Program-made: the position numbers and the translations under genes
Notes under the pieces: generated by a model
What the model was told of the DNA's origin: nothing
Database searches by the model: none
What the model saw: only the letters and a program-made list of their open reading frames with translations
DNA from: Octopus sinensis
Lineage: Eukaryota
Length of the DNA stretch: 64,000 bases
Reading direction: 5' to 3'
Assembly (NCBI RefSeq): GCF_006345805.1
Contig: NC_043007.1
Span: 76,508,001-76,572,000, forward strand
Shown: piece by piece, positions 13,770-27,359 of the stretch
Layout: the number at the start of each line of letters is the position of its first letter
Position numbering within the stretch: the first letter of the stretch is position 1

Positions 13770-14448
13770 GAGAGAGAGAGAGGCGCAAACGTGGCTCTGT
13801 GGTAAGAAGCTTGCTTCCCAACCGGGCAATTGTTTTGTACTATAGCCTCAAGCCGACCACAGTGAGTGGATCTGGTAGACGAAAACTGAAAGAAGTTCGC
13901 CATATACATATATACATGTAAATATAATAGCAGCAGTGACAATGAGCTTGTACAACACAGCTCGACTCGCAAGAAAGAGTAGCTTAATTCGCCTCCATTC
14001 ATATCTTACTGAATGACTTTAAAATAAGAAATAGTATGCTCGACAATATAGTCCTAAAGATATTTATATGGGAAAAAGCGTGATGGTTACGGCTGAAATG
14101 CCTTTGGTGATAGATCTTCTTGACTATAGCAGATTTGTCACTAAAAAATAACACGAGAACACTAGTATCAGTAACTACAAAGAGTCCACGAGAAAGTCTC
14201 TTCGCTGCTGCCAGTCCTATAAGAACTTGCAGCCAAATCATTCTACAATATTAGCCAATATTATAAGAAATTCTGAAAGTTAAAAGAATCCTAAAAGTTA
14301 TAAGAATTCTAAAGCCCAACAAAACCCCATGAGTCGTAACACCATAAAGGCCCATTACCCGCCTATGTATGGCATCAAATATCCCAGAAAAGCTAATCCT
14401 TGACATCACTAACCCACACATATGTGTGTGTGTGTGTGTGTGTGTGTC

Positions 14449-14490
<42 letters not shown>

Positions 14491-14554
14491 CTCTCTCTCT
14501 CATACACACACACACACACACTCTCTCTCTTTTTCTCTCTCTCTCTCTCTCTCA

Positions 14555-14629
<75 letters not shown>

Positions 14630-15140
14630 AATCACAACATGGATTTAAAACACTCAACTCACAAACCAAATAAAAAAACATACACAATGGCTTCCAGAAT
14701 AAAAGATTCCTCCCACATGTACCATTCCGTTCTATTCCCGACTATTTATTCACACAAAATAATACACAACATCACCTTAAGAAACAATACAAAATAGTAC
14801 CTCGCCTATGCAGTGCACAAGAATAACACTTCCCAAACTTGCAATTTCCTAAATGGAGTACGATGAGAGTCCTTCCTCTCACCTACTCTTTTCAAAAATT
14901 TCTTATCAACATACACCTACGTGTCCTTCACACACTTCTACAAAACACACACATCCTAATGGCCTCATAATTATGTATTACAATAAATCACATCTTCCCA
15001 CTACTCCTCAAATATGGTTGCACAGCTACCCCAATCCTACATAAATTGTAAAATGTCGCATAAATATGTAAAACAAATAGCATCAAGTTACAGAGACCAA
15101 GGTTTCGAATTCACTCTCTTAAAACAATATTTCATCAAAA
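14630..15140 (+). mobile_element. Possible highly decayed LINE ORF2 C-terminal fragment
   Basis: Stop-interrupted frame with LINE-like composition (e.g. FLINIHLRVLHTLLQNTHI). No decisive motif. Confidence 0.3.
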
Positions 15141-15352
15141 GATTTTATTTATTTATTTATCAATTTATTTATTCTAGAACCAATTTAGTAGCTGTCACCG
15201 TTCTAGTATAAAATACAGCTGGCTTTATGATCAACGAGCAGCTACGCAACGGGTTCATTTACCTTGTCGAAGAAAGTGAGCAAAACTTTGTTCTCTTTGA
15301 ATATGTTTAATAAATGTTTAGGGTTTATACTCATAATTGTCACCTTACTATA

Positions 15353-15770
15353 TATTTCTTTACTACCCACAAGGGGCCAAACACAGAGAGGACGAACAAG
15401 GACAGACAAACGGATTAGGTCGATTATATCGACCCCAGTGCGTAACTGGTAGTTAATTTATCGACCCCGAAAGGATGAAAGGCAAAGTCGACCTCGGCGG
15501 AATTTGAACTCAGAACGTAACGACAGACGAAATACCTATTTCTTTATTACCCACAAGGGGCTAAACATAGAGGGGACAAACAAGGACAGACATAGGTAAT
15601 AAGTCGATTACATCGACCCCAGTGCGTAACTGGTACTTTAATTTATCGACCCCGAAAGAATGAAAGGCAAAGTCGACCTCGGCGGAATTTGAACTCAGAA
15701 CGTAACGGCAGACGTAATACCGCTACGCATTTCGTCCGGCGTGCTAACGTTTCTGCCAGCTCGCCGCCTT
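15353..15770 (-). mobile_element. Head-to-tail pair of family B SINEs (one 5'-truncated)
   Basis: Two consecutive copies of the 10605-10836 sequence, joined near 15536. Confidence 0.85.
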
Positions 15771-15841
15771 ACTATAGTTACACATACACTCTCACATGGA
15801 CACACGCACACACACATATGTGCATGTATGTATACATATAT

Positions 15842-15900
<59 letters not shown>

Positions 15901-15909
15901 TTATGTATA

Positions 15910-15929
15910 TATATATTATATAAAATCCG

Positions 15930-15961
<32 letters not shown>

Positions 15962-16299
15962 CTTCTGGGGTCTCGGGCATCCTCCATCCGATTGCGCTCA
16001 AATTTGATATGTAGATAACGACGGTATCAGGGCGTGTATAAGTCTTGAAAAAATTACAAAAATTGATTCCAGGTGAGAATGCGATCGATAAAGCCGTGGA
16101 AATGTGCATTTGTACGCGCAAGTACATCAGCCGTTGCGATCTATACAACGCGTACGCGAGAAAAATGCACGGTGTCTCAAATTTAGGTTAAATCAGTGTT
16201 TCTCAAAGGGGAGGCCTATGGGACGGTCGGACAAATTGTTTTGAGAAAATTTGATTTGACAACTCAGCACCGTCCATTGGACGGGGGGCGTTTTGATTG
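15910..16299 (+). mobile_element. Helitron/Helentron-like non-autonomous element
   Basis: TATATAAAA + (TG)n 5' architecture like the other Helitron ends in the window. 3' palindrome CCGTCCATTGGACGG. No terminal CTAG seen. Confidence 0.45.
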
Positions 16300-16330
<31 letters not shown>

Positions 16331-16467
16331 ATGTTTGGAAACATAGTTATATACATATATACGTATACGTATATAAATGCTTGCGGACACATATAGATAC
16401 ATATACATTTACATATCTACAAATTTATACACACACATACATATGTTCGATTGCATGTGTAATAATT

Positions 16468-16682
16468 ATTTCTACAATAGGCACAAGGCCTGAAATTTGG
16501 GGCAAGGGCAGTAGTAGATTAAACTGACTCCAGTGTTTCACTGGTACTTAATTTATCAACCCCCGAAAGGATGAAAGACAAAGTCAAACTCGGTGGAATT
16601 TGAACTCAGAACGTAAAGACGGACGAAATGCCGCTAAGCATTTTGTCCGACGTGCTAACGATTCTGCCAACTCGCCGCCTTT
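16468..16682 (-). mobile_element. Family B SINE (diverged)
   Basis: Same head and core as 10605-10836. Confidence 0.75.
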
Positions 16683-17046
16683 ACGTGTGTAATAATACAT
16701 GAATGTATGGTTAAGAAACTTGCTTTGCAGCCCTGTGGTTTTGGGTTCAGTGTCTTCTACTATAGCTATGGGCCAACGAAACACTTGTGACTGAATTTGG
16801 TAAATGGAAACAGTGTAAAACTGTCGTGTGTGCGTGTGTGCGTGTGTGTGTTAGTCCCTACCAACGCTTGATAACAGGTGTTGCTAAAACTCTCCATAAG
16901 GTAGAGTTTTAGCAAATGACTCCGATAGAATGGGGTGAATTTGTTCGAAAATTACCTTCAAGAATATAGTCGAACAAGTATAGTTGACTCAGTATGGCTG
17001 CAATCCAATGATTAAAACAAGTAAAAGATAAAAGATGCTTGTGTGT

Positions 17047-17106
<60 letters not shown>

Positions 17107-18854
17107 AATGTGTATCTAACAAAGGCATAGCTGTGAGATAAAAGAAGTTCGCCTCGCTACCTCATTGTTTCAGGTTTAGTCCCACTGCGCAGCATCGACA
17201 AGTTGCTTCCATTTTACTCACAGGTCAATCAATACCAAGTGAGTGAATTTGGCTGGTAGAAACTGTGTGGAATCCTATCGTATGTATGTGTGTGTATTTT
17301 TGCATTTATTTCTCACCGCTTGAAAATCAGTGTGGATTTTTCTATGTCTTCGTAATCCAGCTGTTCAACAAAAACAGACCGGATTAAATAAGTGCTAGAC
17401 TTTCAAAAATAAGACTTAACTTTCCAAGGGGTTAACCCAACTTGCCACGGTCCCATAAATGAAACAAATAAAAGAACAAAAGAACAGAAACATATTTATT
17501 GCCGAGGTTTTCTATGTAAATGCTGTTAAAGTATAGAGGATAGAAAAGGCGGTTGTAAATCTATTTAAATATTTAGGTTGAATACATTCCGAGGTTTAAC
17601 TATAAATGCTGTCAAAGTTAAGTACTGAGGGTGAAAGTAATGGTAATAAATCTCCCTAAACAATTTATTTCAAAGCAAATCAACGAATATGTTTCATAGC
17701 GATCATCTGAATTACTTGCAGCCTGTCTTACTTAAATTATACCCTACTGTCTTAGTATAAAGGACATGTTGAATGATGTACCATTTGATATACAAACAGA
17801 CTCATTGGTCACAGATGGTTCCAGCAAGACTAATTTGGTGCTAATCAACAACGAAAACAACAAGGATTACATACTAAAAATGCGGCCAGACTGCTATTTC
17901 TAATTTCACGTTTGATACAGTCATAATGTATTATGACTGTATCAAATTCCTAAGAAGTCGTTGATAGCCTAGTGCAGCTTGGCTATCGATATTGTAGTTA
18001 TGCTTATGTGATTTTTTTTACTGTATTTCTATATCTGGTACTTGTTAGCACATATCTTTCTCCTTGATAATTCAAAGGAATCCACCGAGTCATTCTATTA
18101 ACAGTTTCCAAGAAAGGAAATGATTGTAATCAAAGCTTTCAATAGTTTCTTCATTGAAGTAAAGTTTGCAAGTGTATGTGATTGAACACGGAAAGAGGAA
18201 AAGAACAAAAAAAAATGTTTTACTGAGGGATTTACAGTCAAAAAGTAAAGGAACGTGACTAAATACAACAATATTTTTGTTCTGCTTAATTCATTTACAG
18301 TAACTTTAGTTTATGACTCAGAGCATATCAATTTAACTAACTCTGATAACGGAAATCCATGATTCGGGTGGGTGCAGATAAAACAAAATATGTAAGTAGG
18401 TAAGAAAGACAAATAGCTAAGTAGCCTGTGTATCCATCCCGTTTATTCTACCTTATTTTGGTCAAGTACACCGTTTCTGTGAATGTTTCTTTCTGTTGTA
18501 AGACAGCAATTGAGGGTTATTTGACTGTTATTTCTCACAGGTCGAACGCCCGCATAGAAGTTTCCTCGCTGGCTCATTGTTATTGTCAGCTTCAGATCAG
18601 CTCCAGTTCAACAAATTTATACATGAATACTAATGTCGGGCGCGAAAATACCTTAAGCTAAGTTTGAAAGCAATGAAGTCCTAAAAGAATCATCCATAAC
18701 TTGCAGTAAGCAAAATTTATTAAACGTTATTACTGATATTTCTTTATTTTCTGCAAACAAAATGCACAAAATACTACACGTTTGCATTATGTTATATACA
18801 CAATAATAATAAAGAACGTTACCGTATACATTTTTACAAACCAAGGACATTATA

Positions 18855-18984
18855 TAGACCTCCTTGACTCAAGTTAGAAAAGGGGTGCGTATTATACACA
18901 AGGTTTAGGTTTTTCAGAGGTACAGCCCCCTAAAACCCTCCTGCATATTATACTCAAGGGCGGACTATACTTGAGGATTTACGG
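18855..18984. mobile_element. Right end of a pogo/Tc2-like DNA transposon
   Basis: Ends GACTATACTTGAGGATTTACGG followed by TA, i.e. a TA-CCGTA-type terminus. Confidence 0.5.
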
Positions 18985-19544
18985 TATATACATTTATGAA
19001 ATGCCATTCAGTTTCTTAGGGCGGTAGGGTGTTATTTGAGGGAGATTTCATTACCATTTGTAGCCAGACTCTACCTTGCTAATTGATGGTGTAGGCGTTA
19101 TCGTTGGTGGTGTTAAAGGAGTTGGAAAAATTTCGGTCAACGAAGAAAATCTGAAGAGCTAACTTTAAAAAGTGATTGAATCGCATTGCTTACACAGATG
19201 GGACACGGTTTTGACTTCAAAGCCTTTAAGATACTTGGTGGTGTATTATTGTTGCATAACGAAATATGATGTCCCTATAAGCAATTAATATGTAAGTACA
19301 AGTTGCTAGGAATGTGTTTAATATGTAAAATTAGTATATCCATTTGTGCTACACCGCTAAATTTGTTGGCTTTTTAAGCAATGAGTTCGTGAGTGGTTAA
19401 TGGGTTGGATGTGGCACTAGAGAAAGAGCAAGAACTACTGAAATACGCATACATACTCATTACCTATTTTTCTGTCTTCGATAGCATTGTTTACATCGAC
19501 GAATCGTCGTAACTTTCAGTGCTACCTCTAATTTTAACTATTGG

Positions 19545-19589
<45 letters not shown>

Positions 19590-20374
19590 ATGTGTGTGTG
19601 TAATGTTTTCACTTAGCTTTAGCATTCCCATACACAATATAGCAAATGCCATACAACAACAAATTCTTGATTTATTATAATTATCACTGCCCATAAAGAA
19701 TGTATCATAATTAACAAATGGCAATTAGGGCCAGCTCCACTTGAGAAGAGAAAATAATGTGATGATTCAAGACTTCTCCAAAGTTGATATGCCATTAAGG
19801 AAAGGAACATATACATACTAATGCAAAACGTTAAAATATAGCAAAAGTGAAGACAGATTAAACTGCCTAAGTTTAATATCATTAAAGAATGAAAGTTTAC
19901 ACATATGTTCTATCAGTTGACGCTTGCTTACAGGTGTATAAAGCTTACTTACAAGTGTATAACGAATGTGGGAATGCGTGGGAGTGAATGCATTCATACG
20001 TAAATAAAGACTATAAAAATATAACTACCTATATATGGCAATTATATGTGTATATACTAGTGGTAATGTATTTTTCACAGGTAAACGAAGGAAGAACACA
20101 CCCATTTACTCTTAATTCCTAAGGCGTATACAAATATTCAGTTGTATTCAATTGCGCGGGAGTTGGAGTTTGTGCATATAAATATATACGTGAATGCCTA
20201 TATATAGACATTTGTATATATATATATATACGTGTGTGTGTGTGTGTGTATGAATTATGTATATACATGTATATATATATGTGTGTGGTGTATGTAGTAT
20301 ATATATATATATGTATATATATGTGCATATATATATATGTGTATTATATATATGGTATATATATATAGTGAATA

Positions 20375-21070
20375 TTTTTTGCCATTTCATATGGCTACCC
20401 CTAAGGGTGGATGCTACTATATTTTAGCCCCAGGAGGACACACTCCTCCAGCTGCCATAGACACAATATCTGTGTCCTGTCAGTATTTGCAAAGGGAAGT
20501 CATCCTTCCCGTCTTCAATTATGATACACACGGATCGAGTTAGGTATTGAATATGTAGCGTGTGACAATCATATGTCGCCGAGAATTAGATTTCCTCACA
20601 AATATTATACTTTTCCAGCGTCCACTGTCGCTGATATTGAAAAAGTTGAATCAAACATGATAAATATCAAAGTGAGTTATATACAGTAGCAGTAACACAT
20701 CGTGACGTATTTTGCCATTTCAATATGGCCTAACCCTTTTTCAATATCAGCACCAGTGGACGCTGGAAAAAGGATAAGTATTTGTGAAGGAAATCAATTC
20801 TCGGCAACAATATGATTGTACACGCTGACGAGAGGTCAATACCTCGAAACTCGAGTCCGTGTGTATCATAAGTTGAAGACGGGAAGGATGACTTCCCTTG
20901 CAATACTGACAGACACAGATAGTGTGTCTATGCAGCTGGAGGAGTGTGTCCTCCTGGGGCTAAAAACTACAGTAGCATCCACCCTTAGGGGTTAGCCATA
21001 TTGAAATGGCAAAAATACGTCACGATGTGTTACTGCTACTGTATATAACTCACTTTGATATTTATCATTG
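20375..21070. mobile_element. Doubly inverted fold-back unit (Penelope-like terminal repeat?) carrying a hammerhead
   Basis: 20665-20745 is the reverse complement of about 20990-21070. 20375-20648 is a noisier reverse complement of about 20738-21015. Both outer ends abut (TA)n. Confidence 0.75.
20820..20862 (+). ncRNA. Minimal type I hammerhead ribozyme, intact core
   Basis: ACACG-CTGACGA-GAGG-TCAATA-CCTC-GAAA-CTCGAG-TC|CGTGT. Stem I 5 bp and extendable, stem II 4 bp with G10.1-C11.1, palindromic stem III ACTCGAGT, GUC cleavage after 20857. Confidence 0.85.
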
Positions 21071-21196
21071 TTATATATATATATATATGGTGTGTATTTA
21101 TATATATATAGATATATATACATACATATATGTGTGCGTATGTATATGTATACAAATATGTTATATATATTATGTTTGTGTGTGTATATGGTGGTT

Positions 21197-21276
<80 letters not shown>

Positions 21277-22046
21277 ATGTAGTGTGTATATGTATGTATA
21301 TATACATATACATATATCTGTGTGTATGTACGTAAATATGTATGCGTGCATGTAATTATTATTTAACGGACACATGGTTTATCAACCGCAAGCAAATGAT
21401 GTTTGACGTGAATTAAATATACCAATTATACCTGTGACATGAAAGTCACGACGAATCAAAATTCTACGTAACTTGAAAGTAATTTGGGCCTTTTACCCCT
21501 ACTTAGAACAAGACATTCTCCCTTCGTCAGTTATCGATTTAAGACCACAAAGATTTCCGCTAAGCAGTGTCATTACCAAGAAGGAATGCTCGGGTTCTTT
21601 TCAACCCACATCGTAACATCCTTCTTTTTATTATCTATGCAGTCACCACACCAAACCTAGAGCAGGTGCAACTGTTACAACCACAAAGCTATTATTTTGT
21701 TTTATTATTCTCTGATGATTTCTTTTTCACTCCGGAAGTAATGTACTCTTCCATTCATGTGACTCACATGACTCCGTCTCGCATAATCCAAACACTAACT
21801 TTCATTTTACATTGCTTATTGACTTCAACATCAAGAACATTTCTTTTGTTTTTTGACAAACAGAAACACTCTATAAAGTCAGGGTGTTGCTTAGATATGG
21901 CAATATGGGTTGGGAACACAGGCACTCACTCCAAATTGATCACCACATTCCATCTGGATTTCGGAATAAGGAATTTGTAGATTCATAATTGTACATCTAT
22001 AATAAATGTGTGCGTGCTTTATATTTTAAATATGCATATTTATTAT

Positions 22047-22320
22047 CTATATATATATAAAACTGAGGATGTGTGTCTGTCTGTCTATCTACCTGTATGT
22101 GTGCATCACTAAAACTCGAGAACTACCCAACTGATTTCATTCAAATTTTATGTATCACACTACTTATGATACATGGAGTGCCATGGGCTAAAAATGTTTC
22201 AACTACATGCCTCATGCGATCCCTGAGCAATCTCTTACACTGTTTCAGTAATATGTGTCAAAAGTGAAACAATAACATCTCTATTGTAATGTGAGATAAT
22301 ATTTTCACTATTAATACTTT
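22047..22320 (+). mobile_element. 5' part of a Helitron-like element
   Basis: TCTATATATATATAAAACTGAGGATGTGTGTCTGTCTG start resembling the 1337-1849 family. The 3' CTAG end was not found. Confidence 0.5.
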
Positions 22321-22525
22321 CACTATGTATATGATATATATATATATAGGAACTATTAAAAGTGAAACTATTATCTCACATTGCATGTGTATATATAGAT
22401 CTATATGTATATATATATATATTTATATGTATATATATATATATATATAGATAGATATACCTGTATGTATATATAGATGTGTATATATAGATGTGTATAT
22501 ATAGATGTGTATATATATATATATA

Positions 22526-22622
<97 letters not shown>

Positions 22623-22821
22623 ATCAGATCCCAGGTTAACAAACACATCGACTGGCCCACACTTAAAGCTTATTTTCTGATACAAAGCATGAGATAACAA
22701 ATAGGTGCAGTAACCAATTTGTTATGTCATGTTTTCTATTAAAGAATAGGCTATAAATGTGGTCCAATATATGTGTGTGTGTATGTATGTATGTATGTAT
22801 GTATGTATGTATGTATCTCTA

Positions 22822-22869
<48 letters not shown>

Positions 22870-22879
22870 TAAATATTCC

Positions 22880-23278
22880 GTCAGCATTGCTCAAATGATG
22901 TTGGCATCGCCTTTATGATACATCCAAGATCTGGACCCCGTGCTATCCGCCCACACTATAAATCATACTCGCATCATATAACGACAATACGATACAATTA
23001 TTTCACCTTAATTGGCCCCACTCTCTATAACATTACACCCCAAAAAAACATTAAAGCAGAAACAGACTCCATAAAGTTCAATAAGTCTTTGGACAAATTC
23101 CTTCAAAAAATCCGGGATAAACCTCCTACACTCGGATATATCTCCATAAATAATAACTCTCTCCTCGAGTGGGCATGTTGTCCGATTCCTGATTTGAGTG
23201 ACTTTACTAGGTGGTGCTATTAAGTTGTTAGACATGGCCTGGGCCAATACTGGCCAAAACCTGTCAGACCATCAAAGT
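22880..23278 (+). mobile_element. 3' end of a CR1/L2-type LINE
   Basis: Frame TIRYNYFTLIGPTLYNITP...FNKSLDKFLQKIRDKPPTLGYISINNNSLLEW resembles the CR1-group ORF2 C-terminus, followed by a 3' UTR and microsatellite. Confidence 0.7.
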
Positions 23279-23364
23279 ATAGATATATGTGTGTATGTAT
23301 GTATGTATTGTATGTATGTATGTATGTATATATTATATATATATATATATATATGTATGTATTG

Positions 23365-23410
<46 letters not shown>

Positions 23411-23498
23411 TAATATATAATGTATATATATGTATGTGTGTGTTTATATGTGTATATATATATATATTATATATAATATTGTATATATTTATATATAC

Positions 23499-23555
<57 letters not shown>

Positions 23556-23577
23556 ATATATATATATATATACATAT

Positions 23578-23619
<42 letters not shown>

Positions 23620-23934
23620 GATATATATATTATATATATAATATATATATATATATAATATATATATACATATATATATATGTTTATGTATTTACACGCC
23701 CGCAACATGCATATGTACATATACTGGGGCTGAGGTCAGTCTGTTACTTTCAGAGTTTCATGTATATCATGTGAGTAATCCTATTGCTACAAAAAATATT
23801 TACAATCCTCTTCTATATCGAGTGCATTTCCATCTTGTGTGTAAACTCAAGCATACACGTAAGTGTATGTGAGCACTTTCGTAGATGCAAAACGTATGTT
23901 CATGTATATATATATATATATATTATATATATAA

Positions 23935-23966
<32 letters not shown>

Positions 23967-24075
23967 GCATACATATATGCATGTGTGTGTATATAATGTA
24001 GTGCTTATATGTAAATATGTGCGCATTTATATATATATATATATATCTTATATATATATGATACATGTATGTCTG

Positions 24076-24112
<37 letters not shown>

Positions 24113-27100
24113 ATATATGCATGGATAATCATATGTATGCATGCATGTGGTTGCATCTGTGTTGGTGGGTGTTTGATATAGTCATTATTTGATACACTGT
24201 AGCTGTCGGATTAAAAGAAGTCAATCAGGTTTCACTAAACAACAGAAGAACCTGACCTAGTCTCACGATAATGTAAACAGACACGGCAGCGAGGGAGGGT
24301 CTTCGTGACCTCTCGTCCAACTACAAATAGCAGCCAAATAACAACAAATCTTTCTCCACTGCCACGTCTACTGTATAAGGGATTACTGAAGCTGAACATC
24401 AACTGGGATTAAACGTTGTATTCTTAGATTCCCTGCCTCAACTACAGACCTGACGATCTCGGTTGATTCACCTTTGATCAAAGGTTTATTCGATTAGGGT
24501 TGCGTTTTGGTTAAACAACAATAATAAGCAGCAAAAACGCAAGTCCAGATCATTTTCGACCCATTTTAACAATTGAATAACCAAAACTCTCACAGAAATA
24601 CTTTATTGTTATTCAGCTTCAATCAATCTATCTTAAGTAGACCTATGAACAAACACCTTCCAACTGTAGCCATTATGTTGTTTTATGTACATTATACAAT
24701 GTATACTTTCCGTTTTTAAGACTGCAAGGAGTGATTCGAGGGAAATTTAGTTGTTATTTTCAACAGAACTAGATGCCGCGTAGAGACTTTCTTGTCGACT
24801 TATTGGTTGCCTGTTATTTTGCCTCTACATTGACACTCATCGAGCAAACTTATGATCGAAAGCGTTCCATCTACAGCCATATTATCATTTCTTGGCATAA
24901 GGTGACCCAGACTTTACTCTCCAACAAGTTCTATTTTAGGGCTGTAGGATGGAATTTGAGAGAAGTTTGGTTAATGTTTACTACTGGATGGCAGACAAAC
25001 AGGTTTCGTCGTCGTAGACTTGAGAGTCACTTAAATTGTTCCGTATGTGGAGGTTGCGCTGCTGCTATTGTTGTATTTGCTTAATTTTAGATGTAACAGT
25101 AAAATTTACTTCTTTGTGCATTTAAGGATATTATTCTCAGGAAATAAAGAAGGCTAGGAAGGTGACACTACGTTCTAAAAAGAGTGAGATCTAAAGAATA
25201 TCTGAACTTTAGTAATTTACAATGTAACGTTTTACGTCGAAATATCAGCGTACATAGACAATTTATCATGGGAAGTCAAATTGTTGTTGAAAACGAAACC
25301 GTACTGTTTGGCTTTATTAATTCTTTTATTTTGTATTAAACAGTTCTGCTAGAAGATACTACGTTTTTTTTGTTTTTTTTTCTTTTTTTTTACAACTTAC
25401 ACGTATTTGAATAACCAGACGAAAACCAAGAAGAGAAGGTGGGGAAAAATTACCACAACCCTACTACATCCGGGAAGATGAAAGACGATTTCTGTATGGT
25501 TCTCTAAACCTAAAAAGAAAGGAAGTCGCACGTCAACAATACCAAGAAAAATCTGTTCAAGGACATTATTCTGACGCTTTTTAAATACGGCTATAATAGC
25601 GTACCTCATTTCCCAGTTGGGCAGAGAATCTTGTTGAAGCCTTTTTCCAGTTGCCTTGATTTTAAATGACAGGAACAGTTTTCTTTTCCTCGTCTAATCA
25701 AACGATGTTTGCATGTGTGTATGTATGTGAGGAGTCGGGGTGTAAGTATTGTGTGGGGGTACACGTGAATGTCCCTCTCCCGCCCTTTCTCATATATATA
25801 GAAAGAACATACATACATACATACATACATACATACATACATACATACTGTCTGTCTGTCTGTCTGTCTGTATTATTTGTTCCTTTCTTATGGGCAGAAT
25901 CGGCAAACGAGGAGTATGAAGCAAATAATTCTTCTTTATAAACATCTTTTTCAGTCATTTCTGATGAACAACGCTGCAGTTTGCGTCTACCACTTTCAGT
26001 CAGAAGTCTGTGGTTGGCCTATGATTATAGTAAAAAAAACACTTGCCCAAGATACCATGCAGAGGGACCGAACGTGGAACCATGTGGCTGGGAAGCAAAC
26101 TTCTCAACCACACAGTCATTCTTGTACCACGTATGTGCGTTTGTGTGTGCTTACATTTGTTGTTAAATCGAGTATTGTGTCCCACTATGTCTCAAAGTTA
26201 GCAGTTCATGAAACAGGAATCTATAAAACAAATGCCAAATTGAAATACGTACTGAGGTCAGTATGATCAATTTAATTTTTGAAGGTGATACCCCATCATA
26301 GCCACAGTCGAAATATTAAATCCAGTATAATGATGTTTAAATTTAATTTAAATTTAAGGTAATGGATTACTAACCACAAGATAAATGATAACACTATACG
26401 TACAGCTCACTCTACTTGACTTCCAACAATTTACAATTGTAATTTGAAGTTGAATGGTTAGCAGTAAGAAATATGTCCAGATTTCTTAAAAGGTTATTAT
26501 GAAAAATATTCTAAGAAAAAGTATTTTTTTCACCACAACAAAACACACACACAGAGGTGTGTCTCAGACAGAGTTGCCTCCCCTTAGCTAAAGACCTCAA
26601 AATTGCGCGACCTCACTTCGTTTTCGAGGTTATTTTGTAGTAAAAAAGAGTTGTGCAAAAAATATGCTTTATTTTGTAGCCGAAATATTACTGAATCTTT
26701 TGATACCTCAGACATGAAAATCGGCAACTCAGTTTTCGGATCCATAAACAACATACGCGCGGGTGTGCACGCACATACACACACATACAAACTCTGCAAT
26801 ATATATATATATTATAATAATAATGATAATAATAATAAAGGGTAAAATTAATTAATCAATTAATAACTAATAATTTTACCAAGTAGTTCGGTATGTTAAA
26901 AGAACCATTATCGGTAACCTTATACAAAAATTCTATAATTATATGCATAATTATAATTAGGGTTCAGCAAAAATTGCTTCACCACATACCGAAATTTAGA
27001 AATAGCAGTTAAATGCTATTCCACTACCATAAGATATCTCTCAGACAGCCGTATGTACATACATACATACATTCATACATACATACACATATTCGTGCAT

Positions 27101-27321
27101 ATATTCATACAGTAGATAAATAGGTAGAGAGAGATTGAGTGATTGATTGATTGAATTTAATGTTTTAGCAAAGTTCTCTGCTTTCACTTATTCACAGCCC
27201 CTTTGAAACAAAATGCTTTCAATCTATATAATGTAGTTGAATCCCTTCAGAATATTTTTGTGAAATTGCAATGCAGGAAACTAGTTTCATTCATAAGTCA
27301 AAATATAATCTTCAGTATATG

Positions 27322-27359
27322 TGACGTCAAAGAATTAGAAGTATAATCAAATGACGTCA
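27322..27359. promoter_or_regulatory. Pair of consensus CRE palindromes (TGACGTCA) 30 bp apart
   Basis: TGACGTCA at 27322-27329 and 27352-27359; the second extends to AAATGACGTCATTT. Function not shown. Confidence 0.35.

Noticed and set aside
18541-18705. Plus-strand exon-like segment (tttctcacAG ... gtaagc)
   Set aside because: All three frames contain stops, and no partner exons were found on the plus strand.
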